A stretch of 64,000 nt of DNA from contig NC_092346.1 of NCBI RefSeq assembly GCF_963676685.1, positions 101,618,001 through 101,682,000 on the forward strand, written 5' to 3'. This DNA comes from Mytilus edulis (lineage: Eukaryota). The notes under the pieces are model-generated. The model was not told the origin of the DNA and made no database searches. It saw only the letters and a program-made list of their open reading frames with translations. This document shows, in pieces, positions 1 through 11,987 of the stretch (the stretch's first letter is position 1; every line of letters starts with the position of its first letter). The translations under genes and the position numbers were made by a program.

Positions 1-1415
1 AATGGTTTGACATCTGTATGTTGGTATTCATGTATTGTCAGGTGTTGATGCTAACTTACTTAAATGGTTTGACATCTGTATGTTGGTACTTATGTATTGT
101 CAGGTGTTGATGCTAACTTACTTAAATAGTTTGACATCTGTATGTTGGTATTCATGTATTGTCAGGTGTTGATGCTAACTTACTTAAATGGTTTGACATC
201 TGTATGTTGGTACTTATGTATTGTCAGGTGTTGATGCTAACTTACTTAAATAGTTTGACATCTGTATGTTGGTACTTATGTATTGTCAGGTGTTGATGCT
301 AACTTACTTAAATGGTTTGACATCTGTATGTTGGTATTTATGTATTGTCAGGTGTTGATGCTAACTTACTTAAATGGTTTGACATCTGTATGTTGGTACT
401 TATGTATTGTCAGGTGTTGATGCTAACTTACTTAAATGGTTTGACATCTGTATGTTGGTACTTATGTATTGTCAGGTGTTGATGCTAACTTACTTAAATG
501 GTTTGACATCTGTATGTTGGTATTCATGTATTGTCAGGTGTTGATGCTAACTTACTTAAATGGTTTGACATCTGTATGTTGGTACTTATGTATTGTCAGG
601 TGTTGATGCTAACTTACTTAAATAGTTTGACATCTGTATGTTGGTATTCATGTATTGTCAGGTGTTGATGCTAACTTACTTAAATGGTTTGACATCTGTA
701 TGTTGGTACTTATGTATTGTCAGGTGTTGATGCTAACTTACTTAAATGGTTTGACATCTGTATGTTGGTACTTATGTATTGTCAGGTGTTGATGCTAACT
801 TACTTAAATGGTTTGACATCTGTATGTTGGTACTTATGTATTGTCAGGTGTTGATGCTAACTTACTTAAATAGTTTGACATCTGTATGTTGGTATTCATG
901 TATTGTCAGGTGTTGATGCTAACTTACTTAAATGGTTTGACATCTGTATGTTGGTACTTATGTATTGTCAGGTGTTGATGCTAACTTACTTAAATGGTTT
1001 GACATCTGTATGTTGGTACTTATGTATTGTCAGGTGTTGATGCTAACTTACTTAAATGGTTTGACATCTGTATGTTGGTACTTATGTATTGTCAGGTGTT
1101 GATGCTAACTTACTTAAATGGTTTGACATCTGTATGTTGGTACTTATGTATTGTCAGGTGTTGATGCTAACTTACTTAAATGGTTTGACATCTGTATGTT
1201 GGTACTTAGGTATTGTCAGGTGTTGATGCTAACTTACTTAAATGGTTTGACATCTGTATGTTGGTACTTATGTATTGTCAGGTGTTGATGCTAACTTACT
1301 TAAATGGTTTGACATCTGTATGTTGGTACTTATGTATACTCAGGTGTTGATGCTAACTTACTTAAATGGTTTGACATCTGTATGTTCGTACTCGTGTATA
1401 CTCAGGTGTTGATGC
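1..1415 (-). repeat. 62-bp tandem array (~23 copies, truncated by window edge) made of the 3' end of zinc-finger exon 4 plus its GTAAGT donor
   Basis: Period 62 read directly. Minus-strand unit is CATCAACACCTG...AAACCATTTAA|GTAAGTTAG; the last unit is the real exon end at 1362-1415. Confidence 0.95.
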
Positions 1416-1450
1416 TTGTGGAAATATCTCGTACAGCCTTTAAATGTACA
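1362..1450 (-). CDS. GTF3A: TFIIIA-like exon 4 (finger 4)
   Basis: tttcag|TGT...TTTAA|gtaagt; CTFKGCTRYFHKHQHLSIHEYEHTDVKPF. Confidence 0.9.
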
Positions 1451-4400
1451 CTGAAATAAAAAAATAAAAAAAACAATTTAACAAAAAATAAATGTCTAGA
1501 AATGAATTTGAGATGTCATATCTAGTCTTATTTTATGCCACTTGTCTTAAACATGCATGAAATATTTGCCATTGGACATTAAGCAACCAACAATCAACAT
1601 TAAAGCCACATATCTCAATGTCTAGTTGGTTTTTATCTTGCTTTTTTAAACAAGAGATACTGCAAGCAAAGGTTCACAAAGCTGGATAAACAGATGGATT
1701 GATATCACAAACTGTACACTTCAGGAAGATCAGGTTTTAACAATTACTAAGATGTAAATCTTAAATCTGACATGGATTTGACTGGTGCCTGAAATCTAGC
1801 CATTATTTGTCTTACATGTAGTTTGCTTGGCCATAACTATTCAAATACAACTTGTATTTATAGGTTTATATTACCTCATACAGTTTCTTTTCATGCCTCC
1901 TTTTTATATGTTTATTCAGAGCTTGTTTTGATGAGAATGTCTGGTTACAGCCTTCTTCCTCACACCTATAAATAATACACAACTTTTTATATGTTTATTC
2001 AGAGCTTGTTTTGATGAGAATGTCTGGTTACAGCCTTCTTCCTCACACCTATAAATAATACACAACTTTTTATATGTTTATTCAGAGCTTGTTTTGTTGA
2101 GAATGTCTGGTTACAGCCTTCTTCCTCACACCTATAAATAATACACAACTTTTTATATGTTTATTCAGAGCTTGTTTTGATGAGAATGTCTGGTTACAGC
2201 CTTCTTCCTCACACCTATAAATAATACACAACTTTTTATATGTTTATTCAGAGCTTGTTTTGATGAGAATGTCTGGTTACAGCCTTCTTCCTCACACCTA
2301 TAAATAATACACAACTTTTTATATGTTTATTCAGAGCTTGTTTTGATGAGAATGTCTGGTTACAGCCTTCTTTCTCACACCTATAAATAATACACAACTT
2401 TTTATATGTTTATTCAGAGCTTGTTTTGATGAGAATGTCTGGTTACAGCCTTCTTCCTCACACCTATAAATAATACACAACTTTTTATATGTTTATTCAG
2501 AGCTTGTTTTAATGAGAATGTCTGGTTACAGCCTTCTTTTTCACACCTATAAATATTAAATACACAACTTTTTATATGTTTATTCAGAGCTTGTTTTGAT
2601 GAGAATGTCTGGTTACAGCCTTCTTCCTCACACCTATAAATGGATGATAATAGGCATCAGTTAGCATAACCAGGACTTGACCCAATGACACACAGGTTCA
2701 TGATAATATTGTGGGTTCAGACAGATAATCATGTGTCATGTGAACTGGCTTCAACTAGATCCCTGATAATAGTTATTTATATAATCAAATATTTACCGCT
2801 TGATTTTGTGATCTTGAATACTGTAAACCAACTAAATTTACGTAAACCAATTTTTGCAATTTTCGCGAGAAGAAAAAAAATAATGCGAATATATATAAAT
2901 CTTCGTGAACATTTAAAAATTGGCTCTCCCTTGTTTAATAAGATCAAGTAAATTTGCAAACTGTAACCAGGTGCTCCGCAGGGCGCAGCTTTATACGACC
3001 GCAGAGGTCGAACCCTGAACAGTTGGGGCAAGTATGGACAAAACATTCTAGCGTGATACAGCTCTGAATTTGGATTGTGATCAAATTTTTGACATTACAT
3101 GGTTTTTTTTTTACACAAAACAAATGTCAAGATTTTACAAATTTTACAATTAAAGATTTCTTCTTCAAACTTTCTAAATCTAAAATGAAATAGTTGACAC
3201 AGCATAGGTTTCTGACACAGAATGAATGTGGTCTAATGAACTTAAAAGTTTATTTTTGCCTTTTAGCAATTCACTATGCTGTTGAATATTAATCCTCTCA
3301 AAAAAATGTTTGAAGAAATTTTCTTTTTATTTATGAAATCTGAAATGAGAAAAATTTAACCCCCCCCCCTTTTTTCACATCCCTGTTTCCCTTTTTCCAA
3401 AACTGATATCAATTCAAATTTCTAATGGAGTTTGCAACAATAACTACTCTTTTAAATACATCATAAAATATTAAAATGTAATATAAAGTGCTTGTTATCA
3501 CTGAATGGTAAAGATTGGTTGGTAGTAAAAGTGAATATACATTGTTTATTGTATAAAACAATAAAAAAAACTTCATCAGCAACATTTTATATTATGCAAA
3601 TTTCCAATGAAGTTATTTACATAAAGTTATTGGCAAATAAAAATAGAAAATGACATCATAGTCATGTCTGGCAAATGTCCAACATACATTATCTAAAAAC
3701 ATTTTAGATAAGATAAGGAAATAAGATGTAAAAAAAACTGCTTGTTATCACTGAATGGTGAAGATTATTTTAATTTATCAGTTGGTAGTAAAAAGTGAAT
3801 ATACATTGTATATTGTATATAACAAAGATTTAAGTTGATTCTGGACAAAGAAAGATAACTCCAATTAAAAAAAATCTTGCTATTGCACAATATTTTGCAA
3901 TTAGATATTTCTTGCTTACTATTCTGGACAAAGAAAGATAACTCTAATTAAAAAAAAATTTGCTATTTCACAATATTGTGCAATTAGATATTTCTTGCCA
4001 TTGCGCAATACTGTGCAATTGAAAAGACTTGCTATTGCACAATACTTAATATGATAATTTTAGATCCTGATTTGGACCAACTTGAAAACTGGGCCAATAA
4101 TAAAAAATCTAAGTACATTTTTGGATTCAGCATATCAAAGAACCCCAAGATTTCAATTTTTGTTAAAATCAGACTAAGTTTAATTTTGGACCCTTTGGAC
4201 TTTAGTGTAGACCAATTTGAAAACAGGACCAAAAATGAAGAATCTTCATACACAGTTAGATTTGGTATATCAAAGAACACCATTTATTCAATTTTTGATG
4301 AAATCAAACAAAGTTTAATTTTGGACCCCGATTTGGACCAACTTGAAAACTGGGCCAATAATCAAGAATCTAAGTACATTTTTAGATTCAGCATATCAAA

Positions 4401-7400
4401 GAACCTAACTGATTCATTTTTTGTCAAAATCAAACTAAGTTTAATTTTGGACCCTTTGGACCTTATTAATGTAGACCAATTTGAAAACGGGACCAAAAGT
4501 TAAGAATCTACATACACAGTAATGACAATTAGATTCGGCATATCAAAGAACCCCAATTATTCAATTTTGATGAAATCAAACAAAGTTTAATTTTGGACCC
4601 TTTGGGCCCCTTATTCTGTTGGGACCAAAACTCCCAAAATCAATACCAACCTTCCTTTTATGGTCATAAACCTTGTGTTTAAATTTCATAGATTTCTATT
4701 TACTTATACTAACGTTATGGTGCGAAAACCAAGAAAAATGCTTATTTGGGTCCCTTTTTGGCCCCTAATTCCTAAACTGTTGGGACCTAAACTCCCAAAA
4801 TCAATACCAACCTTCCTTTTGTAGTCATTAACATTGTGTTTAAATTTCATTGATTTCTATTTACTTAAACTAAAGTTATTGTGCGAAAACCAAGAATAAT
4901 GCTTATTTGGGCCCTTTTTTGGCCCCTAATTCGTAAACTGTTGAAACCTAAACTCCCAAAATCAATCCCAACCGTTCTTTTGTGGTCATAAACCTTGTGT
5001 CAAAATTTCATAGATTTCTATTAACTTAAACTAAAGTTATAGTGCGAAAACCAAGAAAATGCTTATTTGGGCCCTTTTTGGCCCCTAATTCCTAAAATGT
5101 TGGGACCAAAACTCCCAAAATCAATACCAACCTTCCTTTTGTGGTCATAAACCTTGTGTTAAAATTTCATAGATTTCTATTCACTTTTACTAAAGTTAGA
5201 GTGCGAAAACTAAAAGTATTCGGACGCCGGACGACGACGACGACGACGACGACGACGCCGACGCCAACGTGATAGCAATATACGACGAAAAATTTTTCAA
5301 ATTTTGCGGTCGTATAAAAATTAATTCACCATGAATTGCATGAGTTAAAGCTAAATGCGAAATAAAGTATCTACGAAAATAAGTTGGTTTACAGTATCTG
5401 TTGTTGATACTACATAAAACCTACCTGTATATCTACCTAGGAGGGCAAAGCCCCATTTCACATACCTTCTTACCTAAACCTTGTTAAAAATACTATACCA
5501 TAAATAGATTGTATAAATAAAACTAAGTTCAACATTTTTTTGCATACACTTATTATTATTGCAATACTGAAATTATGGGATTATTTTGTGCAATTTCTGT
5601 AAATAATGCTTACAAATAATGTTATTAAATTTTTAAATGTAATTTTTTTTATTTTTGCAATGTCTGTTCTGTAACTTACTATATTTTTGCAATAAAAAAG
5701 ATAGCCAAAATTACTGTATTTAGAGTATATATAATTCATCTACATGCTTTTCCAGCCACTGATTAAAACCAGGACACACGAACCCTTTACATTCTAACTT
5801 AAGCTCCAGATTTGTGATCAGTGAGTTAAGAATAAGATGTACGCAATTGTATTGGTATAGACTTATCCCCTGCATTTCTGAACCTTCAAAAGTGTTTATA
5901 TCAATACTTGTCAATACTTACAACAAAGACTGAACCACTGTAGAACCATGGACGGTTTCCTTGTGCCTGGTCAGGTGAGTTGATCTGGCATAACTTTTAC
6001 CACATTCACAAAGGTAAGGTCTCTGGAAATAATAGAATAAGGTCAACAATTAATCACAATTCATGTAAATAAATTTAAAGCACTGGCTGCAATTATGTTG
6101 AAATGTAACAATAACAAAAAAAATATTGTTACATTCGACACCAATAGACAACTTTCGATTTCAATGCATTTCCGTCAAAAACTCTGGTTTTACTGAACGT
6201 CATTAGTGTGTTTAGGGGCGTCGTCACTTCCATTCCAATGTTGAGCGAGTGGTTGGAAAACTATAATTTTATATTGTACTAATAATTCGGCAAATTGAAT
6301 TCTCAAAATTGACAATCAGTATTGCTGTCATTAGGGAATTGTCATTAAGTACCTACAGAACAACCATTATTTCTAGTTTATCCTGCACAATGACGATCAC
6401 TAAGACGTTTGATGAACGTAAATAGTGCAGGGATACAGGCGACCCCCTCTATCTGGTAAATGATGTCATAAAGGCGTGTATAATTGACAATTTTTTTCCA
6501 GTGACGGATGAACTGGAAAGTGGTCTATTGCTGGAATGCTTGGTTGGGTAAGGAACAGATTAATCACAAAAGTAACAATAATATAGTTGTGTTCATTTCA
6601 GTCCATTACTAATGTTGTGTTGTACATGTACATTCAGAAATAAGTGAGAGGTTTTTTAATTAATGCAAATAATGTGACTCTTTAAACATATTGAGTATTG
6701 CATAGTCCAAATAGTTATGAAATCTTGAAAGGCTATTTTGTGATATCTTCCTACATTTTGTAGATTGTCATATTAACACTGAAGCCATTTTTTGCGTCTG
6801 GTATAGGAGAGAGAATTTTTGGCGGAACATACATATTTTTTCTATAGAAGACAAATCATTGTCTTTCAATGTTGTCATAATTTTATGCTTGACTAACTCA
6901 TAAATATGCTTGGGTCTTGAAGTTGATCAATTTTGGCAACTTTTCGACTTGTAGCCTGAAGGAGTCCATGCATATTTGCAACTTTTAAAAGCAGGTCAAA
7001 CATTCTTTGCTTCTGTATCTGTATCTGTATGTATAGGTTGAAGACACCAATTCTTGCTTTTACTCTATGGGAGAGAGAGACACCTATTGACGGTGTTGGA
7101 GGGCAGCCTTGAAGCTCTCAACTGTATCTGTGCATACTATACGGTCTTCCAGTTGGTTCCAGTGAAGTATGCTCTTGACAAAGAAAGAGTTCTTGTATGG
7201 ATCGGTGTTACTAGGAATAGTTTCTAGTGCCTTCATATTATTCTTCATTGAATTTGTCACTATAGTCTATATTTGCACTTAACACTTACTGAAATCATTA
7301 TTTTGTCTTAAATTAAAGGGAGACAAATTTGGAAACCTACAAATGTAGAATCAAAAGTAGATTAAGCATTATTTATACTTGTGACATGTCTGAGCTCTGA

Positions 7401-9625
7401 CTGTAAGTGTTAGTGTTACAGTTAGTGTTGCCAGTCAGTGGCGTAGCCAGGATTGAAATGATGTGGATGCCAAATTGTCGGCGAGCGTAGCGAGGCGAAC
7501 AAATTTTGGAGATCTTTTTATGCAGAAAATTATATATTTTTTTGGGACATTTCCTATTTGCATGTATACTCCCCCAGAATCCGACAATTGTTATATTTTT
7601 TATGTAATTTCAAAGTACCTACCCATTCATATATTTCCAACATAATTTTATTGTTTTCTCAAAACTACCATCATTCAATTCATAAACATGATAAACATTT
7701 GACGTAAAAGTTTCCACAAAATCTTATATTTGACATCTCAAAAACGGATCCATTACAGCGGCAATTCTGTATATGCCGGAATTTCGGAATATAGTGATTA
7801 TTCTTTCGCTTAACGCGTTGGAGGGGACATGGAAATGTCGGGCGTCCGTCCCTCCGTCTGTTCGGTCTTGTTGGCACTTGCATGTGTATAATTCTTGCCA
7901 GATTTTTATGAAACTTAAATCATCAACAATGTCTTTGACACTATCAAAAATAAGTCCTGATCAAATATTTTTAACCGGGTATGCCCCTTTGAAATAAAAA
8001 TTATAATGGAAATCCCATTGCATTTGCTCTGAAGCTTTTATTTCTCTTTAGATATCATTTTTAGTTATTGTCCTTGCTTCTTGGATAGATAAAAAAAATT
8101 GCAATATGGGGGGCATTGGCTCTTCTTTTATTGAAAAATTATTATTTGTATCTAGACGGAAACGGGTATATATAAGCCCATGAATGATCACACACTATTA
8201 CAAAATTCACGTTTTTATGACGTCGTCTTTCATGTCAGAGGAAACGATATCAGGATATAAATGGTGGTTTAGTTGTTAGTAACGTTGCTACGTCAGATGT
8301 AGAAGCCATATCTCCGCTTGGCACTATTTCAGATGAGACATCTCCACGGATCTGCCTGTCATCATCCTCTGTCTGGGCTTGCCGTAGCTGACGACATAGA
8401 CTTTTCACGAAAAAAGTCAGAAAGTCAGAACAGGTTTCTGCGATTGATACATCTTGTTTACATAAACAAATTGATCATACATAAAAGACCGCTCATACTG
8501 CTTTAGAGATGATTGGACGTTATCCTCATATCTCCATTCTTGTTACATTTGAATATATACGAGTTTAACTCCTACGAACACATTTTTTTTTAAATTTTTT
8601 TTCCCTCTTTTTTTTTTTTTTTATCAAAATGATGTAGATGCTTGAGCATCTGAGCATACATGCAAGCTACGTCACTGCCAGTGTTGCCTGAGGGAGGGTA
8701 GGAGGGGTCCTGATCCCGAAATCCCGGGCTTAAAAACACGGCATCCCGAAATCCCGGGCTTAAAAAACACGAAATCCCGAGGTCCCGAAATTCGAAGAAA
8801 GAATTCCCGGATCCCGAAAGGGTCAATCCCGAAATCCCGAGCTTTAAAACACCCGATCCCGGAGTCCTGATAAAGGTCCTATCCCCCCTCTTGCCTGTTG
8901 GTGTAAAATTATGTCATTCACATTTATTGTCAAATTATAATATATATACCAGGACAACTCTCCAGGATGTGTCACAAAGCTTCTGGACCAACTTGAATGG
9001 GAATCTCTGCAGCACAGACGATGGAAACAGAGTCTTGTGCTGTGTTACAAGACTCAACACCAGATGATTGCCATTGACCCAGCCAAGTACTATGCATCAG
9101 GGGACAGTAGAACCAGGGGCAATCACAAATTTAGACAGACAAGAGTGAAGAGAGACGTCTTCTATCACTCTTTCTTCCCGAGAACAACAAGAGAGTGGAA
9201 CAAACTCCCAGAATCAGTAGTGGAGTCCGGATCACTAGAGGACTTCAGGGCCAGAGTGAACATCATCCCCTGGACCCAACCACACCTCAAATAGACAGCA
9301 GGAGAACCAGTGTATATAGTTGTAATTAAGCATATTTTATTGTAAATACCATCCAGATTTTCCTGGACTTTTACTTTTGGCCAGAGAGGAGTGGCCTCCT
9401 GTCTGTTTGAGATGCGCCCGAGTCAATTACACTTTTATAGAGTTCGACTCGTAACCGGGAAGAAGAAGAAGAAGAAGATATAAGTGCTGGATTTTTTAAA
9501 ATTTAAATCCACGAGTCAAAGTATACCTCTCCTGTGTGTGTTCTCAAATGAATAATTAATCTATCTTTCCTTGAAAACGTCTTTTCGCAGCCTTCAAATG
9601 AGCACACATGTGCACAGGTTGACAT
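1362..9625 (-). CDS. GTF3A: C2H2 zinc-finger protein, transcription factor IIIA-like; exons 1-4 present, gene continues beyond the left edge
   Basis: Exons 9625-9527, 6022-5922, 1965-1875 and 1450-1362 join in frame with GT-AG introns: MSTCAHVCSFEGCEKTFSRKDRLIIHLRTHTGE|RPYLCECGKSYARSTHLTRHKETVHGSTVVQSLL|CEEEGCNQTFSSKQALNKHIKRRHEKKLYE|CTFKGCTRYFHKHQHLSIHEYEHTDVKPF. One finger per exon, a finger at the extreme N-terminus and the finger-3/4 pattern resemble TFIIIA. The p43 paralogue is not excluded. Confidence 0.7.
1875..1965 (-). CDS. GTF3A: TFIIIA-like exon 3 (finger 3)
   Basis: ttatag|G TGT...GAG|gtaata; CEEEGCNQTFSSKQALNKHIKRRHEKKLYE. Confidence 0.9.
1901..2640 (-). repeat. 83-bp tandem array (~9 copies) made of the acceptor plus the first 65 nt of zinc-finger exon 3
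   Basis: Period 83; every unit carries tttatag|GTGTGAGGAAGAAGGCTG...; only the leftmost copy continues to the donor. Confidence 0.95.
2821..5394. mobile_element. MITE with 13-bp terminal inverted repeats (TIRs) and TA TSD, split by a nested Helentron-type element
   Basis: ta|CTGTAAACCAACT (2821) ... AGTTGGTTTACAG|ta (5394). Confidence 0.75.
2965..5320 (-). mobile_element. Non-autonomous Helentron-associated (HINE/DINE-1/pearl-like) element
   Basis: Perfect 14-bp subterminal inverted repeats TTTATACGACCGCA (2990-3003) / TGCGGTCGTATAAA (5305-5318), (GAC)n microsatellite at ~5230-5262, internal ~180-bp tandem units at 4590-5220, GC-rich end at 2965-2990. Confidence 0.75.
5922..6022 (-). CDS. 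GTF3A: TFIIIA-like exon 2 (finger 2)
   Basis: ttccag|AGA...TTGTT|gtaagt; RPYLCECGKSYARSTHLTRHKETVH. Confidence 0.9.
6142..6530. mobile_element. MITE-like element with 15-bp TIRs, superfamily unassigned
   Basis: CAATAGACAACTTTC ... GAAAGTGGTCTATTG (one mismatch); no clear TSD. Confidence 0.6.
7011..7280 (-). mobile_element. 3' fragment of a CR1-group LINE with (TACAGA)n tail
   Basis: Minus frame reads ...NTDPYKNSFFVKSILHWNQLEDRIVCTDTVESFKAAL, the typical ORF2 C-terminus, followed by a hexamer tail at 7011-7030. Confidence 0.75.
7436..8677. mobile_element. Non-autonomous DNA transposon with hAT-like termini and 5-bp TSD
   Basis: ccagt|CAGTGGCGTAGC ... GCTACGTCACTG|ccagt; contains a pearl/HINE-like fragment at ~7820-8120. 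Confidence 0.75.
8690..8890. mobile_element. 201-bp GC-rich MITE with 6-bp TSD and internal ATCCCGA repeats
   Basis: ttgcct|GAGGGAGGGTAGGA ... TCCTATCCCCCCTC|ttgcct. Confidence 0.8.
8949..9478 (+). mobile_element. 5'-truncated CR1-group LINE (ORF2 C-terminus, 3'UTR, (GAA)n tail)
   Basis: ...LDQLEWESLQHRR...RTRGN...YHSFFPRTTREWNKLP...; GAA repeats at 9458-9478. Confidence 0.85.
9527..9625 (-). CDS. GTF3A: TFIIIA-like exon 1 (start and finger 1); alternative in-frame ATG at 9634
   Basis: MSTCAHVCSFEGCEKTFSRKDRLIIHLRTHTGE|gtatac. Confidence 0.88.
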
Positions 9626-10370
9626 TTGGTACATTTACAGAATAACTTCCCTTTATTGGGATATACTAAAAACCAGAGTTTGGACCTGCTAGGGTACGGA
9701 AAGTTTAATTATTTTTTTTAATTGCAAATCTTGTTCCTTTTAATATAATTTCAGTCGGTTGATTTTATTAGAATGAAATTATTTTCTTCTGAATTGTCTG
9801 TCCATAGATGGCGTTTTAGGTAAAGTGTTTTGTGTGATTTGACGCCAGACGGTTAAATCATTCGGCACGACAGGGTCTACTCGATAGGTCACGTTAATTT
9901 TTACATCCATGATGATGCTTTTTGATATTTTGTATCATGCATTAAGAGATTGATTGATTTACAAATGATTGTGTTTATTGTAATATATATACTCTATGAT
10001 GACATTTCGATTTGATTCGTAATTTGTATATGATAAATATTATTAAATGGTTGTTATTCAACCAGCCCTCGGCTCTGTCGTGTCACGGGTATTGCAATTT
10101 ACTCTTTTTTGTTATTTATTAGCATGATTATTATCAGTGGTTGTGATATATGGGTGTTAACGGAAGAAGGATATTAAAAATCTTCTGCAAATCAGATAAT
10201 GTATTCAAAATATAAAGAAAACAATTAAATGATGTAAATCGAATATCCGATATCGTTAAATAAAAGGATTTACAATTGTCACTAAAATATTTTTAATTGC
10301 CTAGAAAAAATATGAATGTTTCGAGGATCACTTCTTTGTTCAGGGATTGTCTTTTGATTTTGACAAAAAT

Positions 10371-10517
10371 CAAAGAACTAATGTACTGTTCACACAGATG
10401 AACTCAAGAACTGATGTACTGTTCACACAGATGAACTCAAGAACTGATGTACTGTTCACACAGATGAACTCAAGAACTGATGTACTGTTCACACAGATGA
10501 ACTCAAGAACTGATGTC
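10371..10517. repeat. 33-bp minisatellite, ~4.4 copies
   Basis: Unit TCAAGAACTGATGTACTGTTCACACAGATGAAC. Confidence 0.9.
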
Positions 10518-10762
10518 CACTTTGATGGCCAGCGAATAAATCATACAGATACCAATCTCCCTGTAGACTGATGCTTCCAGTTTTTATTCTCATGTCGACT
10601 TAAAGAAACTTCAAGTTGCTTTCTCAAGCTGAGTGTTAAACATTTCAGACACAATTATTGATGGTCCTATTGTTGTAAATTTCTGTGTCATTTGGTCGCT
10701 TGTGGAGAGTAATCGGTTGTTTCATTGGCAATCATACCACATAGATCTTCTTTTTGTTATAT

Positions 10763-11410
10763 AAGGTGAGATTTAAAAAAATCAAGAATTTAAAATTGAT
10801 CCTATAAATCGAAAGAGGATGAGGTAAGGAACAGAATAAGCTAAAAATATCTATAGGTTATGGACCTCTTTTTGACGATATTTGAGTTTTAAAAATTGCC
10901 GGAAAAGACTGGCTCGGACTTTTACCTTATATTTGCATTGGTATTATTTTTGGTCTCAAATCGAAGAAATTGAATCAATAATCTGCTTAAATTTTGGTAA
11001 ATGACCTTCAACGATCTATCAAAGTCTTCTATGAAAAGAAAATTGTGTGTTATGGGCAAAATATTTTATCGTAGGAAAAAAACGGATTAAAAAATCTGAC
11101 ACAAATTCCAAAACCTCACCTAAGTACATTCTTAAGGCGATAACATATACTTATGATTTTAATTTACATGCAATCAATTGGCAAGATTCCATCAAATATC
11201 ATTTACCAAACAATAAGCAGATTCTAGATTTTTTTCTTTCGATTTGAGACCCAAATAATATCAATGCGGCCTTTCCCCGCAAAGGAGCTCCCAATCACCT
11301 ATCTATATTTTTAGCTTATTTTGTTCCGCAATTAATTCTCTTCTGACTTAAAGTATCAATTTCAAACTTTAATAGATTTTTATTAAAACTTCACCAAAAT
11401 GCACCCTTAA
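10763..11410. mobile_element. Degenerate MITE with long imperfect inverted arms
   Basis: GGAACAGAATAAGCTAAAAATAT (~10828) mirrors ATATTTTTAGCTTATTTTGTTCC (~11305); GGTCTCAAATCGAAG mirrors TTTCGATTTGAGACC. Confidence 0.55.
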
Positions 11411-11858
11411 TTTTAAAACTGCAAGACCGTAAGTTCTGAATCATGCCAAGATCACACATATTTCAAATTAAACACATATACTATTAGCTATAACATCATG
11501 CAAACCGAAGCAGACTCTAGAATCAAGGCGTAAAACAAGTAGATTAACCATGTTTAACATAGCACCCAATGGTGAAGCAGCAGTAAACATACCATGTATA
11601 TATTTACTGATAGATCACCCATCTGAGCAAGAAACTGCCATCCATAGACATTTAACAAGACAAGTAACTTCTTGAACGTCTACAAGTATTGCTATACATC
11701 ACACACTATTATCGACTGGAATAGCATAGCTGCCTCCTTTTGAGCATCCCAAGATACGTTTATTGAGTGCTGCACGTAGCACATACAGATACTACATGTA
11801 AAAATATAAAAAAAACCCAGCTTTTATCACTTTTAGTTACATTTAATGAATAGCTATT

Positions 11859-11987
11859 ATTTATTTTGAATTTATTGAACCATAAAACTAATTTTTGACT
11901 CTTCACATTGAATAATCCGCGAAGCGGATTATGTAAAATGTGAAGAGTCAAAAATTAGTTTTATGGTTCAATAAAATCAAAATAAAT
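11859..11987. mobile_element. Long hairpin centred on GCGAAGC, end of a Crypton-like non-autonomous element
   Basis: ~60-bp near-perfect inverted arms around GCGAAGC (11919-11925). Confidence 0.6.

Noticed and set aside
1-1415. CRISPR-like regular repeats (also 21012-22290 and 61768-63430)
   Set aside because: Head-to-tail units with no unique spacers, no cas genes, and a eukaryotic intronic context.
4051-4503. 150-aa ORF with internal repeats
   Set aside because: It lies in the repetitive core of the Helentron-type element; the repetition mirrors the DNA repeats and there is no recognisable domain.
10347-10571. ORF with an 11-aa repeat
   Set aside because: By-product of a 33-bp minisatellite; non-ATG start and no splice or homology support.
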